From Utricularia gibba (lineage: Eukaryota; Plantae; Magnoliophyta), in contig NEEC01000011.1 in NCBI GenBank assembly GCA_002189035.1, positions 496,001-560,000 on the forward strand: a DNA stretch of 64,000 bases, read 5' to 3'. Of this stretch, positions 12,815-25,250 are shown piece by piece. Positions within the stretch are counted from its first letter, which is position 1. The number at the start of each line of letters is the position of its first letter. A model generated the notes under the pieces. That model was not told the origin of the DNA, did not search any database, and was given only the letters and a program-made list of their open reading frames with translations. The position numbers and the translations under genes were made by a program.

Positions 12815-14030
12815 TTACATTCCTGCTCGATAAGTAGCCCATAACTGATTTGCAATAGAATCACGAAGAACATCCATAGATTGATCAGATTCATGATTTT
12901 CACTTTCATCATCATCTTCTTCTTCCCCTTCTTCTAACTCACTATTATTAGGCACATCACTACTTGCATCTTCATATACCGAGAGACGAGCGCCATCATC
13001 TTCAGCATTCACATGACGTAGCCAATTGTGTATAGCCATTATAGCTACTACTAGTCTCACTTGGTGCTTAAATTTCATATTTTTTGGCATATCATTCACC
13101 ATATGAAATCTTTTCTTCCATACTCAAAATGCTCTCTCGATTACATTTCGAAGTGAAGAATGTCTGTGATTGAAGTACTCTCGTGAATTTTGGTATCATC
13201 TAGTTGTTCTACGTTGAAAATCCGGTAGGTGATATCGCTCACGATGATAAGTTGTCATAAATCCAGTGGTGTTGGCAAATCCATCATCTACCACATAGTA
13301 CTTTCCTGGGGGTATTGTTGGAAAGCAGAGACACTCCTCATTAATACAATCTCTAAAAATTCTACTGTCATGAGTTATTCCTTCATAGCCAGCTATCACA
13401 TAAGTGAAACGCATATCGAAATCACAAACAGCAAGTATGTTTTGGGTAGGATAACCCTTACATCCAATGTATCGCACCCTTTCAGCTTCAGGAACACATG
13501 CTTTGATATGAGTTCCATCTATGGCAACAATACAGTTACTAAAGTAAGAATACCTGGCATTATTTATGAAAAAAGGTTGAATCTCTGTGTTACTGTGTTT
13601 TGGCGTAATCCACTCCACTGCCATCCAATTAACTGCTTTCAAGATATTGTGGAAAGCACTATGAATAGTATCTCTCTCACGACCAAAGAATTCTTGTAAA
13701 CTAGAGTAACCTTCTCCTTTGCCCACCCTTCTCAAGAAAATAGCGACCTCTTCTTCTACAGGAATAAATTTCCTTTTGGATAGCCCATAATTATCCACAA
13801 GCATCTCTCAAAATCGTAAGAACATACGGCTATGCATTCGCAACTCATTATATGCACAAGCTTCGTGGCCATTTAACATTGATAACAATAAAGACCATCC
13901 ACTAGTTTCTCGATCATACATTGGTTGCTTCAAAAGATAATGCTCGTGATAATCTCTAAGAAGCTTTAATTGAGCCATTTGAACATTGATGAATTCTGAA
14001 GTGTAATTTGATCAACAGAATTTAATGAAG
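12815..14030 (-). pseudogene. PIF/Harbinger DDE transposase pseudogene
   Basis: One reading frame with a few in-frame stops: YHEHYLLKQP..G..RM, VEEEVAIFL, CIVAIDGTHI, TQNILAVCDFDMRFTYVIAGYEG..HDSRI, GKYYVVDDGF, RYHLPDF, FNHRHSSLRNVIERAF.VWKKRF, QVRLVVAIMAIHNWLR, and an acidic tail. Confidence 0.95.
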
Positions 14031-15160
14031 ATAATGAAGAGGATGACACAAATGAGCTATGTTTTCTACGAATGATGTCCATCGGATTGCAACTGCCAAA
14101 CATCGAATTATTACATGTTTTAGGAATAGGAACACTATGATTATTATATTTAAAAGCATAAAGGGAATACATAGCACGTAAAATATTGTTAGCATCAACA
14201 TCTATTTCTTTACAATTTTTAATGGAAAAAGCAACATCATCTACACTAAATGACTCCGAAATGCATTCAAGTAATGTTTTCACACCTCTAGATTTAACCC
14301 GAGGATCCAAAATAGGTGCAATAAGAAACAAATGTGGGATTTCATCAAAATATTTCAAAAACTTATTTTTCATATTTCGCACTACATTACCCAAAAAATC
14401 ACAATCAGTTTGATAATCATAAAAAGCAAACAAAATTTTACAAATACATGAAAGTACAAGTTGAGAAGTTGGATAATAAATACCACTCAAAATCTTAGTA
14501 CAAGAATAAAATGTTTCTAGTAAATTTAATAAAACTCTTATTTTTTCAAAAATAGAATGAGTCAAGAAATTGAAATCCGTAAAAGATTCACAAAATTCAA
14601 TAACAACATTTTCATAAGGAATAAAAAATTGTAACATATCATATGTAGAATTCCATCTAGTTGGACAATCAATTTTAAATTTTCAATAAGAGATATTTCT
14701 TTCTTGACAAATACTCTTAAAATCATCTCTTTTATTAGGTGTAGTTCTAATCATACTCATTAAATCACGAATATGAGTTAAAAAAATTTCACATTCTTTT
14801 AAACCATTTTGAACACAAAAATTTAAGATATGACAAGTGCACCTAGTGTGGAAAAAAATGCTATTCAACATAGGATTCATGCAACTTTTCAAAATATCAA
14901 TAGCATTTGTATTTGCATAGGCATTATCTAAAGAAATAGAAAAAATTCTATCAGATATTCCATAAAATGCTGTGACATTTTCAATGATTTTAGCAATAGA
15001 AAAACCATTATTTGGTGATGGCCATTGTTGAAAAGCTAAAATTCGTTTTTGCATACACCAAGAATGATCTACCCAAAAACATGTAATAACAATATAACTC
15101 TCATTGTTACAACCTTTCCAACCATCACAAGTCAAACAAAAATTACACTGTAGAGTCACG
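13966..15160 (-). pseudogene. Ac/DAYSLEEPER-like hAT transposase core, truncated at both ends
   Basis: LTCDGW..YIVITCFWVDHSW..KRILAF, SISLDNA..N, HTRCTCHILN..VQ, DCPTRWNSTYDML, SGIYYPTS, MKNKFLKY, ILDPRVK. ORFs 14683-15324 and 13966-14637 are in the same frame, separated by one stop. No BED finger and no C-terminal dimerisation domain. Confidence 0.92.
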
Positions 15161-16119
15161 CATGTTTTTAAAATCCTCAAGTGCCATATGATGCACGGTT
15201 TTCCTAGAAAAATTTTTGTATTACGGTTTTCCAATCGCGAGTTGTATGTAGAAGTTGAAATAGAATTATTTCTGGTAATGAGTGATGAGACAATAAGAGA
15301 AAGTAATGGAAAATTATAAGACAACCATATAGTATATATAGATAATTTTTTTTATTAAATTAATAGCAACGGATACTTTCAAAATCATGTGCAACTCCAC
15401 AGTGTGCACAGTCACAAATGCATGCACTAGTCGTTGAGATTAATATATACACAAAAATTATATTTTAAATATGATGATGCCACGGCAGTCTTCACATGAG
15501 CATTTTAAATATATACTTATATTTAAATATGCATTGTGCTACCAATATGGATAAATTAGAGATCTTGGCAACACATAACTAGTTATTGAAAAAAATATGT
15601 AGGTAATGAAATGTTAAAATATTTATTTGGTTGAACTATCAAAATTATTCAATAAATTTGAGTAATTTAGTATTTTTCTATTGAGGTTATACATATTATA
15701 TTTATTAATTTCACTCTAATTTTATAATTTATAGTATATAAATAAATGAAATAAATTATTAAAGTGATAAAATTATCAGTAATTGAAAACACATATAATA
15801 AAATTACATTTTTTCAGACACCCACATTAGCTTATGAGTGTTCGGGAAGAACATATGAAAGACAAAAATCATTCCCTGGCCACCCGCATTTACTCATGCC
15901 TCATGTAAGAGTGTCATGAGGACGCTTGAGATCATTTTCCAAACACCCACATCTATCATTAGTGTGTTTGGGAAGGGGTGTTTCAGAAGATTTTCCAGGC
16001 ATGCACTTCCGTCAAATGGGTGTTTGAAAAAAGTGTCTGAAATCATATACAATTATTTATTTTTTTAATTTTTTTAATTTTTTTAATTTTTAATTTTTTT
16101 CCTATTTTTTTAAATTTTT

Positions 16120-16312
16120 TTAAATTTTTTTCGGTTCTGAACCGACGGTTTCGATTCGGAATTGTGAACAGTATGGTTCATACATAGGTCGGAACCGTCG
16201 GTTCCACGGTTCCCTAATTTATCGAACCGAACCGAAACCGTACGAACATCCACCTCCTGGAACCGAATTGGAACCAGAACCGTGGTTGCGGTTCGAACCG
16301 AACCCACCTCTA
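16120..16312. repeat. Cluster of GAACCG/CGGTTC motifs (hAT-type subterminal repeats)
   Basis: About a dozen GAACCG/CGGTTC-like hexamers in both orientations within 190 bp. The position fits the 5' end of the minus-strand hAT. Confidence 0.7.
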
Positions 16313-17539
16313 ACACCCATCACCTTCCCCAAGCCCCAAATGCACCTGCTGCACCCACCAACTTCCCCAAACTCCGAAATACACCCTGTTGCACCCGCCG
16401 CCTTCCCCCGAACCCCATATGCACCCTGCTGCACCCTCCTTCCCCAAGCCCCAAATGCACCTGCTGCACCGTCTTCCCCCAAAAAAGTAATATTCTTTAA
16501 TTCCCCACCATTCCCTTCCCAAATGTACAAAATAATTGAGCTCCAATGTAGCAACAAATGCAGTTGCTGAATTTCTGATAGGGTACACCCACGCTTCAAG
16601 CCTCCTGTGCCACCGGTTCAATTCTAGATCCTTCCTGACCTGTTTAGATCCAAGCTTTGGTTAGGGATTTAGGTGAAAACACATACCTCAACCTAACGCG
16701 AAAATCAGAAGAATGAGCAAAATGAAAGAAAAGCCATGAAAAAGTAAAAGGGTTGGAGGGCAAAAAAGGAATACAAATATTTTAAGAAACTTATTGAGTG
16801 AATAAGTTACATTTTAGCAACTTGTGTAATAAGTTGCTGAAATAGTTAAAATTGAAATAAGTAGAAAATAAGTAGAAATAGAAGTAGAAGTTAAATTTTA
16901 GAACAAGTAGATGTGGTCTGTAAAATACTTACTTTTACTTCTACTTTAAGTCATAAGTTACAAAATAAGTTGTACAGACTACTGCCTACCTAATATTATC
17001 AAATATTTCAAAAAAATGAGGATTATTTATATCAAATTAGTGAATACAAAAATATTGGGGATCAAATATTTAAATATAAGAAAAAAAATTGTGTTAATGT
17101 ATTTAAAATTGGAGACCAATTTTTTCATTATTTAAAATACTTGAGATCATTGTTTTCATTTTTACAAAAATTGGGGACTATTGATGCCAAATATCCATTC
17201 TAAATCTCAATCGATAATTGAACTAAATTTAATTTTTGGAGATGCAACGTCATGTTCTCTACCACTGCTTCTTTAGAGAGAGTGCTAAATGAATTTTAAT
17301 ACTCTATTCTAGGCATCTCTTGTGTATTATGACAAACAAGATATATTGGAACAATATTATTGTTCAAGAAATGAGATTTCTCGCTTCTCATTAATGATTA
17401 AAAACGAACCTAATAAGTCACACAAAGAAGAATTAGAAATTTTTTGAGTCACTTCTGATTCAAATTTTTTATATACTATAGCATGTCTTTAAATTTGAAT
17501 CATAAGTTGGTTAAAATTAATCTAAGTGCTTGTCACTTG

Positions 17540-20500
17540 AAAGATTGGTAATATGGGCCTAAGCCCATATTGATTACCAGAGCCCAAAATAATATGGTCT
17601 GATGATTTGGGCCTGAAGCCCAAGCTCATGTTTTAATAAACGTGCCAATGCGTTGGTTATAAATATGTGGCATTTGGAAAAAGAGAATGGAACTTCTTCT
17701 TCCAAGATGTGCTCGATCGCCAAGAAAAAAAGCGACCAGGAAGGTTTGGGAAGAAACAAGAACGGTGAATAGCGAAATGAAGAAGAGAACTTGATTCTAG
17801 TTTCAAGTTTGGTATCTTTCTTTGTTTATTTTCCGTATTTCTTTAGATTTCTCGCTAGTGAGTGTTAATATGAGATAATAGAATTGGTATTACTATATTT
17901 TCTTAATGTCTTGATCAAGAGTTGAATCGAGAATCAATGTTAATGTGATATATTAGCATTTATATGGTTGTGTTTTCGAAGTATATTGATGCTAATATGA
18001 GATATTAGTATGGTAGAAATATATTTTGGGTAAAATGTATTAGATACATTTAGTTTAACTTTGTCGGATTGATTTCTAGTTCATATAGATGAGCTAGAGG
18101 CATCGTATTATTAATGTTTATCTGCAATATGAGATATCGCTAGTTACGAAAAGGAAAAAAATTTTATTTTCCCACCTTCTGCTGCATGTTACCCGATAGT
18201 GGTATCGGAGCTAGGTTTAGAAACTATTCAATTGTCGTAAGACTTAAACCATGGGTTGTGCAATGTTTTCCACACGTTGGTTTATGTTTTGATCGTCGAT
18301 TCCTGGATTTAAGTTCATTTTTTTTTCAAAAGTACCATCTCTAGTTTGAGTGGGAGTTTGAAATTCTGAATTGGCTAGCTTGTTACATGGATTGGTTTAA
18401 CTAAAGGAAAAAATGGTTTTTTGAAAATTTACTTTTTTATTTATTTGCAAAATTTATTTTTCACATCAAAGATCAAGTCATGAAACATTTCATGTTAATG
18501 TTTCTTGGGTCTCCATTCACACAATATTTTGAATGATATGTGATATTATTCATTTATTGTTAAATCATTCGATGTTGTGACTATGTGAGTATTTATTGAT
18601 AACTGATTTTGTGTCAATTATATTTATATTTTTTAGGATTGATTTGCACCCCTTTTATTCCCCTTTTCCTATGCTTTTGAAAGAATTTTATATATTTCAT
18701 ATCATATCAATCTTTTTAGAAGGAAAGTGTATTTTGGGATTTTTTAAAATAATTTCAGTATAATGTGAAAAATTTTCGAGTTGACTTTAGTGGAATCAAA
18801 GATTTGGTCTATTCTGATAAAGACTTGGTAAAAAATTCTCATATAAGATAAGATTCACATTTTATCTTGAAAGATTTAGATCTTATCCTAGAATATTTGC
18901 ATCACATCTTAAAATCTAAATAGAAGATTTGATATGAGCCCATTAAGAAAGCCCGGTAAATCCTTACCATTATATAAAGACCAAAGCTCGAAAATCGAAG
19001 GCATCAGAGTCAGTTTGGGTTTAGAGTCGAGTCCAGCATGTTTTGGATTCTTCTTCTTTCGTTTTTCATCAACTTTTGTTGTTTAAAATCGAGCATGCGC
19101 ATGTGAGCATTGGCAGGATCTACGATAAAGCCTTGTTTGCGCAAGTCCTATGCGTGTGACTGTTTTATTATGCTTTTTAATATTTAAATTGAGGTTTGAT
19201 TCTATTTTTCGCAACAATTTTTTTTACCAACGTACTCTTTAGTATCACATCACTCTAAGAGAGTGTGGGAGAATCAAAGATTGACATCAATTACCGAAGG
19301 AGAAGGTATATTCTATCTAATATGTCTACAATGTGTGAAGTGTAGAGGTTAGATTTGGCTATGAGGTAAACACGAGTTATCACAAGAGGTGAAATGGCTT
19401 TAGTGGCATGATTGATTCTATAATCCCACTAAACAAGGGACGGTGTTATAACGATCACCGAGTAGCAGTATTTTAGAATAACACTCCCAAAATTTGTGCA
19501 AATAAATCAGTATTCAAGGTTTATACATACAAGTTTGGGCAAATTTTGAGCAAGGTGTATCCTAGATCCGAAGCCACTTTTCTTATTGTTTTTAAAACCA
19601 AATCTTTGTTTTATTTTCTATTTTTTGAGTTATTGTTTTGAAAAGAAAATTCCAATAACAATTTCATGTAGATACGATCTTATTTTATTACTTCGAAGTT
19701 TCTGTATACTTGCAGAACTACCATAATTTATATCAAGAATGGCATATGTCCTGAGATCATAAATTACTTATAGAGTTGATGGCTGAATGGGTTTACTTAA
19801 CTAGCATTTTATTCAAGAATAGCATGGATACCCAAGAATGAAAATGTTAGGAGCAGAGATATAATTGTTTATGGGATATGTGAATCAAGTTATTGATTAT
19901 TGTTTTACATGCTCCAAGAATAGCATATGTACTTGAGGGGATGTAGAGCAAGGATTCTATCTATTACATTGTGCATACTTTGTTTATGTGATAAACATGA
20001 ATGCCAATCAATTAGTTGAAGTTCATGACTTATTGATTGATGTGAATGCTTGAATATATGCATATCTTGCTAGTTCTTCATTCATAAGAAAAATAAATTT
20101 GAAAGCAAACAATCCAATTGCCAGTATTCTCGATGATAACAAACTGGTTGGGCCTAACTATGTGGATAGGCTAAGAAACTTGAAACTTGTGCTGCAATAT
20201 GAGCGGTCTGCCAATGTCTTGGATGGAAAAGCTTGTGCATTCTTTGTCGTCATAGTATCTCAGAAATACAGCATAAAAAAGATAACTCTAAGTCATTTGC
20301 GATAGAAATAATGATGCTGGAGGTTTCAAATCTATAAATTTTAGATTTTCTGGTACTCATCAAGAAAATGGATTTAGGACTGAGGAGCGACTTAACATGT
20401 TGGACCGTAAGATGTAGTGCCAGTGCCAGCATGAACATGAATTTGCATAGAAAAATTGATATGAATGAAAAGTTTGTAATTTATATTGTGAAAGACACAG

Positions 20501-20760
20501 CACTTGATTCTTTTGCAAGATTAGAAAATTTAAAGGCAGCCTAACAGACTCTACGATAAATAAGGAAGAGACCACAAGATGGGCACTTCATGGCTTGATC
20601 AGGAGATGATGCCAATTCCAACATTTACAGCTGTTGCATATGACCCTAGAGTGGAGAGTAACACATCAGCTTCTTTGGTGCCACACAATCTGCATTTTAG
20701 ATGATCCAAAGAAGCTGTAAATGCCAATCAGTTTGGTTGGATGATAATTTTAACATTTTA
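17540..20760 (+). mobile_element. Heavily decayed Angela-like Copia 5' part (LTR, PBS, leader, gag remnant)
   Basis: PBS TGGTATCGGAGC at 18200-18211. The gag start ASILDDNKLVGPNYVDRLRNLKLVL (20099-20230) is homologous to the gag at 27574. The 5' LTR start is approximate. Confidence 0.65.
18597..19726 (+). mobile_element. Athila-like solo LTR (family B) with 5-bp TSD TTTAT
   Basis: Starts TGATAACTGATTTTGTGTCA and ends ..ACCATAA, matching both ends of the LTR at 59815-60520 (..ACCATCA). TTTAT flanks it at 18592-18596 and 19727-19731. Confidence 0.8.
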
Positions 20761-21002
20761 TTCATGAAATGAGTTGGGGTTGGTATTAATCTATTTATCA
20801 ATTTCAGGCAGAGTATCGTCCCCCATTCTCACTAAAAGGTTGGTTAGTAGACCCAAATATCCATTCCATTTGGATAAGATATCAAACCAAAATCCTTTCC
20901 GATTCATATTAAAAGGGAAATCCCACAACACAAGATGAATAGTACTAGAGGAAAACACACATAAAACGATAAATCTCCTCCTACTCAATTTGTGGAAAGC
21001 AG

Positions 21003-21440
21003 TAAGGCTATATTCTGCATATTATTTTGAAAAGGAATTTTCAAAAAAATAGAATAAAAATGAGAAATAAAATGAATCGACGTTCTGCAACTTTTTTAAA
21101 AAAAGATTGTAAAAACAGAATTGCACATTTATCGTTGAAAAAATAGAATGTGTTCATAACAATACACACATTTTACAATGATGCAAAATCTTTTAGATTT
21201 TTGATAGACATCTTAGGGCTTGTTCTGTATACATTTTTTTATTGCATTCTCATTTTACAGAATGAGAATGTAAAAACAAATAGAACAAAAATAATTTTTT
21301 ATTATTCATTCTTATGCAATTGAAATTCTCGTTCTTAAAAAATGCATAATGCAGAAACAATCCCTTTCTCATTTTCCTCATTCGTATTCTTAATAAAAAT
21401 GAGATTGTAAAATGAAGAATGTTTGCAGAACATACCACTA
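21003..21440. mobile_element. Tourist-like (PIF/Harbinger) MITE(s)
   Basis: Left TIR-like TAA-GGCTATATTCTGC (21003) and TTA-GGGCTTGTTCTGT (21213), right TIR-like GCAGAACATACC (~21426-21437), with an AT-rich self-similar interior. Confidence 0.5.
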
Positions 21441-22300
21441 CATTAAACAAACCATCAACCCAGATGGGAAATACTAAAAATCGGTATATGTCAGAGGGCC
21501 AACAGCGACGGCCGTATGACACATGTTGAAAAGCAGCCGAATCATAGCATAATGGGTGGCGATCATCTAAAAAGTAAGGTCATAGTACCAGTACAAAAGG
21601 CAACTGACACCTACAGAAAGGGGGATTCAGCTAGATCGGCCTCCCCTATAAATAGGAGAAGTTATGAAGAAAAAGAGGGTTCGATCCTAAGCCTCCCAAC
21701 CTGTACCTTTCTTCACCACATCTCTCTAGTAATAACTTTCTCCGGCGAGCTCCGACAGCTCTGTGGTTTTTTCCGTCTTACGGCGGTTTCCATGTAAAAA
21801 TCTCCGCCTACCCCCGTTCCCATTTACCAAACCGAACAAAATCACGAAAAACATAAGAGGGTGCGGGATTTCCCGGTTGCACCTTTCACCTGAAAATCGG
21901 TCCCTTCACAAACATCGATTTTCACCCTTAACACAAGCGAATTTTAAAATGAGGAAATAGTGGCAAGTGAATGACAAAAGAATGAGTGGTTGAAATAAAA
22001 GGCAACAACTGAAATATGTTGCTGCTTATTAGAATGGATAATAAACAAAGAGAACTTTATAATGAATGATAGTGAAAAGTAAATAACAAGGGATGATTGT
22101 TCCTTTTTACCTTCTCTTTTATACTCTTGAAGTTGATATTCAAAGTGTTCTTGCTATTTCATTGAGAGTGAACTTTTTGCTTTACCGAAGCCTAAAATAT
22201 GGAAAAGACCATGGTTATTTTTTTAAAAGAAGTAGGAGGACAAGAATTAAAATTATGATTAAAGGAGAACAAGACAATGATAAAAAGAAACAACCTCAAA

Positions 22301-22312
22301 GCTCTAATACCA
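22301..22312 (-). other. tRNA-iMet-type PBS of a minus-strand LTR element whose LTR (from 22313) is interrupted by the family A LTR
   Basis: On the minus strand, ..AGATTACA is followed directly by TGGTATTAGAGC. Confidence 0.6.
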
Positions 22313-22352
22313 TGTAATCTAAAAGAGATTAGCTACCTACAACTATGAGGAT

Positions 22353-23519
22353 TGATAAATGAAAAATATGCAACGTCGTTAAAATGAAAATTTCTCCTAT
22401 CAAATAAATTTATAACCTAATACATATTAAAACATAATACTATTATGAGCATAGTGATTAGGGTCGAACACGAAAAGCAAGTGCTTGTCATGTGATTATC
22501 AATGCGTGCAATCAGTGTCACGTTGATAGATTTAGTCTTAACTAGGACTAAGGCAGAATTACGATGGAATACAGTAAAGAAAAGTAACAAACTTTTGAAT
22601 TCGGTTGTTTCTAAGATGAACTGGGTGGTGCCTTGGGACTTCTAGAGGATTTATGTTTATCACTAAACACACTCATACAAACCATAAATCAAACATCTAA
22701 CAAACAAAGTCTATGTCTACTCGAATTCTTGTTTTCCCCCTAATCTTTGGTCTACCTCTAATTAGGGTTGTTAAGATAAGTTTCACTATTCCCCCCTCTA
22801 ATAAAGTGGCATGACTTATGGTTAATAAAGTCTAAAGAGCGATTAGCATATTTCTCCCCTTTTCACTCCAAGGCACCCCTCTAAGTGTTAGGCCACTCAT
22901 AATAAAGAAAAAGAAAACGTTTTCATACCACATCCTAAATAACATTGTGTTCTCAAAGTTAAACAACAGCAAATTGTGCATAACAGAAACAAAGAAGGTA
23001 AATGGTTCACGTAGTAAAACTAAAACTATTCTACGCTAGGAGTAGTGTTCTTTAAGAGCTGAAGAAATCTTCAAAGGAAAGCTTGGATCGTGATTTCATC
23101 TTCTTCGTCTTCCATGGTTTTGCTACTCACTCCTGCCAGATCTCCCTCCCCAAAATTGTTTTCCTGTTGTTCAAAATGTGGGAGATAGTCTTCTCTCTCT
23201 TCATTATTCTAATAATCTACTTTTCTTCTTCAAATTGAGATTTGGTGTACTTCTTTCAACTTTTGTCTCCTTTTCATGATGACTCCACTGTTCACTTTTT
23301 GGCTTTTTGGGATTTGAGTTGTTAAAACATGCTGCATTGCTCAATAAAGTAATTAGAACTAAGGTTGGGACTAAATCAAGATTTGGTCTTAATTAGGAAT
23401 AAAAAACTCATACTATGTTGATAATCATAAAAATGTAGAAATACACAATATAATTCGAGTTTTATAATAAAATATTAATCATTTTCTTATCTTAGAATAC
23501 TCAAAAATATGTGTTATCA
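22353..23519 (-). mobile_element. Athila-like solo LTR (family A)
   Basis: TGATAACAC...TTTATCA termini on the minus strand. 1167 bp, collinear with 6458-7626. The flanks AGGAT/AGGGC match only partially. Confidence 0.8.
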
Positions 23520-24399
23520 AGGGCAATTAGTGCTTAGAAAGAAACCCTCAAGAGAATGAATGTTTTGGAACTAAACTATGAAAGAAAGTAGAAAAATAGG
23601 AGCCACACTTTAAAATAAGAAGGAATTGAAAGCGATAATTTTTGGACACCACAAGTTCAAAAGCTTGATTAGTCATGACTGTTCAAGTATTCATAGAAAA
23701 AGAAATTCCTCACAAGATTCGTGAAACAAGCTAAAAGATCCTCCAAAAAGTATACTTATAAAATATTTATACTATAAAATTGGGTCCTAATATTATTAAG
23801 TCTAAACGAAATAAAAGAAAATACTTATCAAGTCCAATAGCACACATTAGAGATGAAAACACATTTTGGGCTATAAGGTAGATCTACTTTTTAAGTAGTT
23901 GAACACATCTAGTGGCAAAATTATAAGCCGAACTTCTAACTCAATATTGTTGAGGAGAGACTTAAGTATAGTTTTAATCTTTTTGCTCTTATTGTTTATG
24001 ATTGGCTCAAGTAGAATGATTTTGCTATTTAAAGTATTCAATTGTGCAACATTCTCATTATCTTTCAAATGTTCTTTATCATCTTGCTGGGGTTCATCAT
24101 CAGTAAAATGATATGGAAATGAGAAGACTCGGCCAACAAATAGAAGATTTATATCCTTGGATAAGAGATAAGATTTGAAACCCCAAATATAAAAGCTCTC
24201 AACATAAGCAATTTGTTACACTCGGCACTTTCTTCTACTGCATATTTTTTCTGTCTAGAAATATGTGAAATCGTGTTTATATAAGTTCTTCCATCTTACA
24301 TTGTTTTACTATATTTTTTAAATGTTTAATTTGAATTGTCATTATTATATACATATCGTTTTCTTTTTCATGGTATGTTTTATAGTTATAAATCCCAAA

Positions 24400-25250
24400 A
24401 GTATTAGTAGTGAGAATCTCAAATTGGGTTGAAATACTTAATAGAAAATACGCAATTAGAAATATTTTTGTAGTTACATTTAAACTTAACTTTATCTATA
24501 AGGTGTAAGAAACATAGGGCATCATTGAAGGAAAAATGAATTTCAATAAATGATTGATTATATTTTGTGAGTTGAGTGAGAATCTCATGCACGTAAGATG
24601 AGTATTACTTTTTTGACATAACCCCAAAAATTATGCAAGAAAAGTCAGTTTTGAGGTTTATTTGCATATGCAATATTTGTATAGCACTAGCGAAATCTAG
24701 ATCTAAGTCCATTGTTTTCTACTGCCTTGAAACTCCTTATTTTTTTGAATCTTTTTTTAACTATTTAATAGTTTCATTGAAGTCAATTTTTCAAGCTTTC
24801 TCATTTCCATAATTTTTGCTATTTCTTTCTTCTTATAAAGTCTTAAATAATAATTCTCTATAGATACGATCATTTTATTACTTCAATTCTTTCAAGTAAT
24901 TGCAAAATTTTAATCAAGCTTTTGGCGCCGTGAATTGTTTTAGTATTGGATTTATTGTTTATTGTTCCTTTGCAAGATTATCTGCTTGTGTCGTTCTTGC
25001 ACAGGATTATCTTCTTTTGGTACCAAAATGAGTTGTAGCCACTTGACCTGAAAATTGAGAGGATTTGTCAGCAAATTAGGTTGTAAGCTCACCACTTGCC
25101 ATAAGAGTCCAATGCGTTGCACACCATGCACGTTGCAGACATACAAGAGAACATCAGGAATACGGGAGCTTTGTAACTTACCAAGGGCAAGGAGGAGAAG
25201 CCTTGTTTATGGCTTAGGCGACAACCACTTGCCATAAGAGGAATTATTTA
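24400..25250 (+). mobile_element. Athila-like LTR 3' end, PBS and leader remnant
   Basis: AGATACGATCATTTTATTACTTC..AATCA (to 24916) is followed by the Athila-type PBS TTTTGGCGCCG (24920-24930). The left boundary is approximate. Confidence 0.6.

Noticed and set aside
13229-13699. 156-aa + strand ORF
   Set aside because: Antisense shadow of the Harbinger transposase. The same applies to 14186-14413, 28710-28964, 29553-29765 and similar ORFs opposite real coding sequence.
16219-16621. Pro/Ala-rich and Gly-rich overlapping ORFs
   Set aside because: They arise from a C-rich duplicated motif (TTCCCCAAGCCCCAAATGCACCTGCTGCACC, two copies) next to hAT subterminal repeats. No domain or gene structure.
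21524-21791. TGTTG...CTATAAATAG...TTCCA segment resembling a short Copia solo LTR
   Set aside because: No TSD, PBS or PPT could be found, so it was left unannotated.
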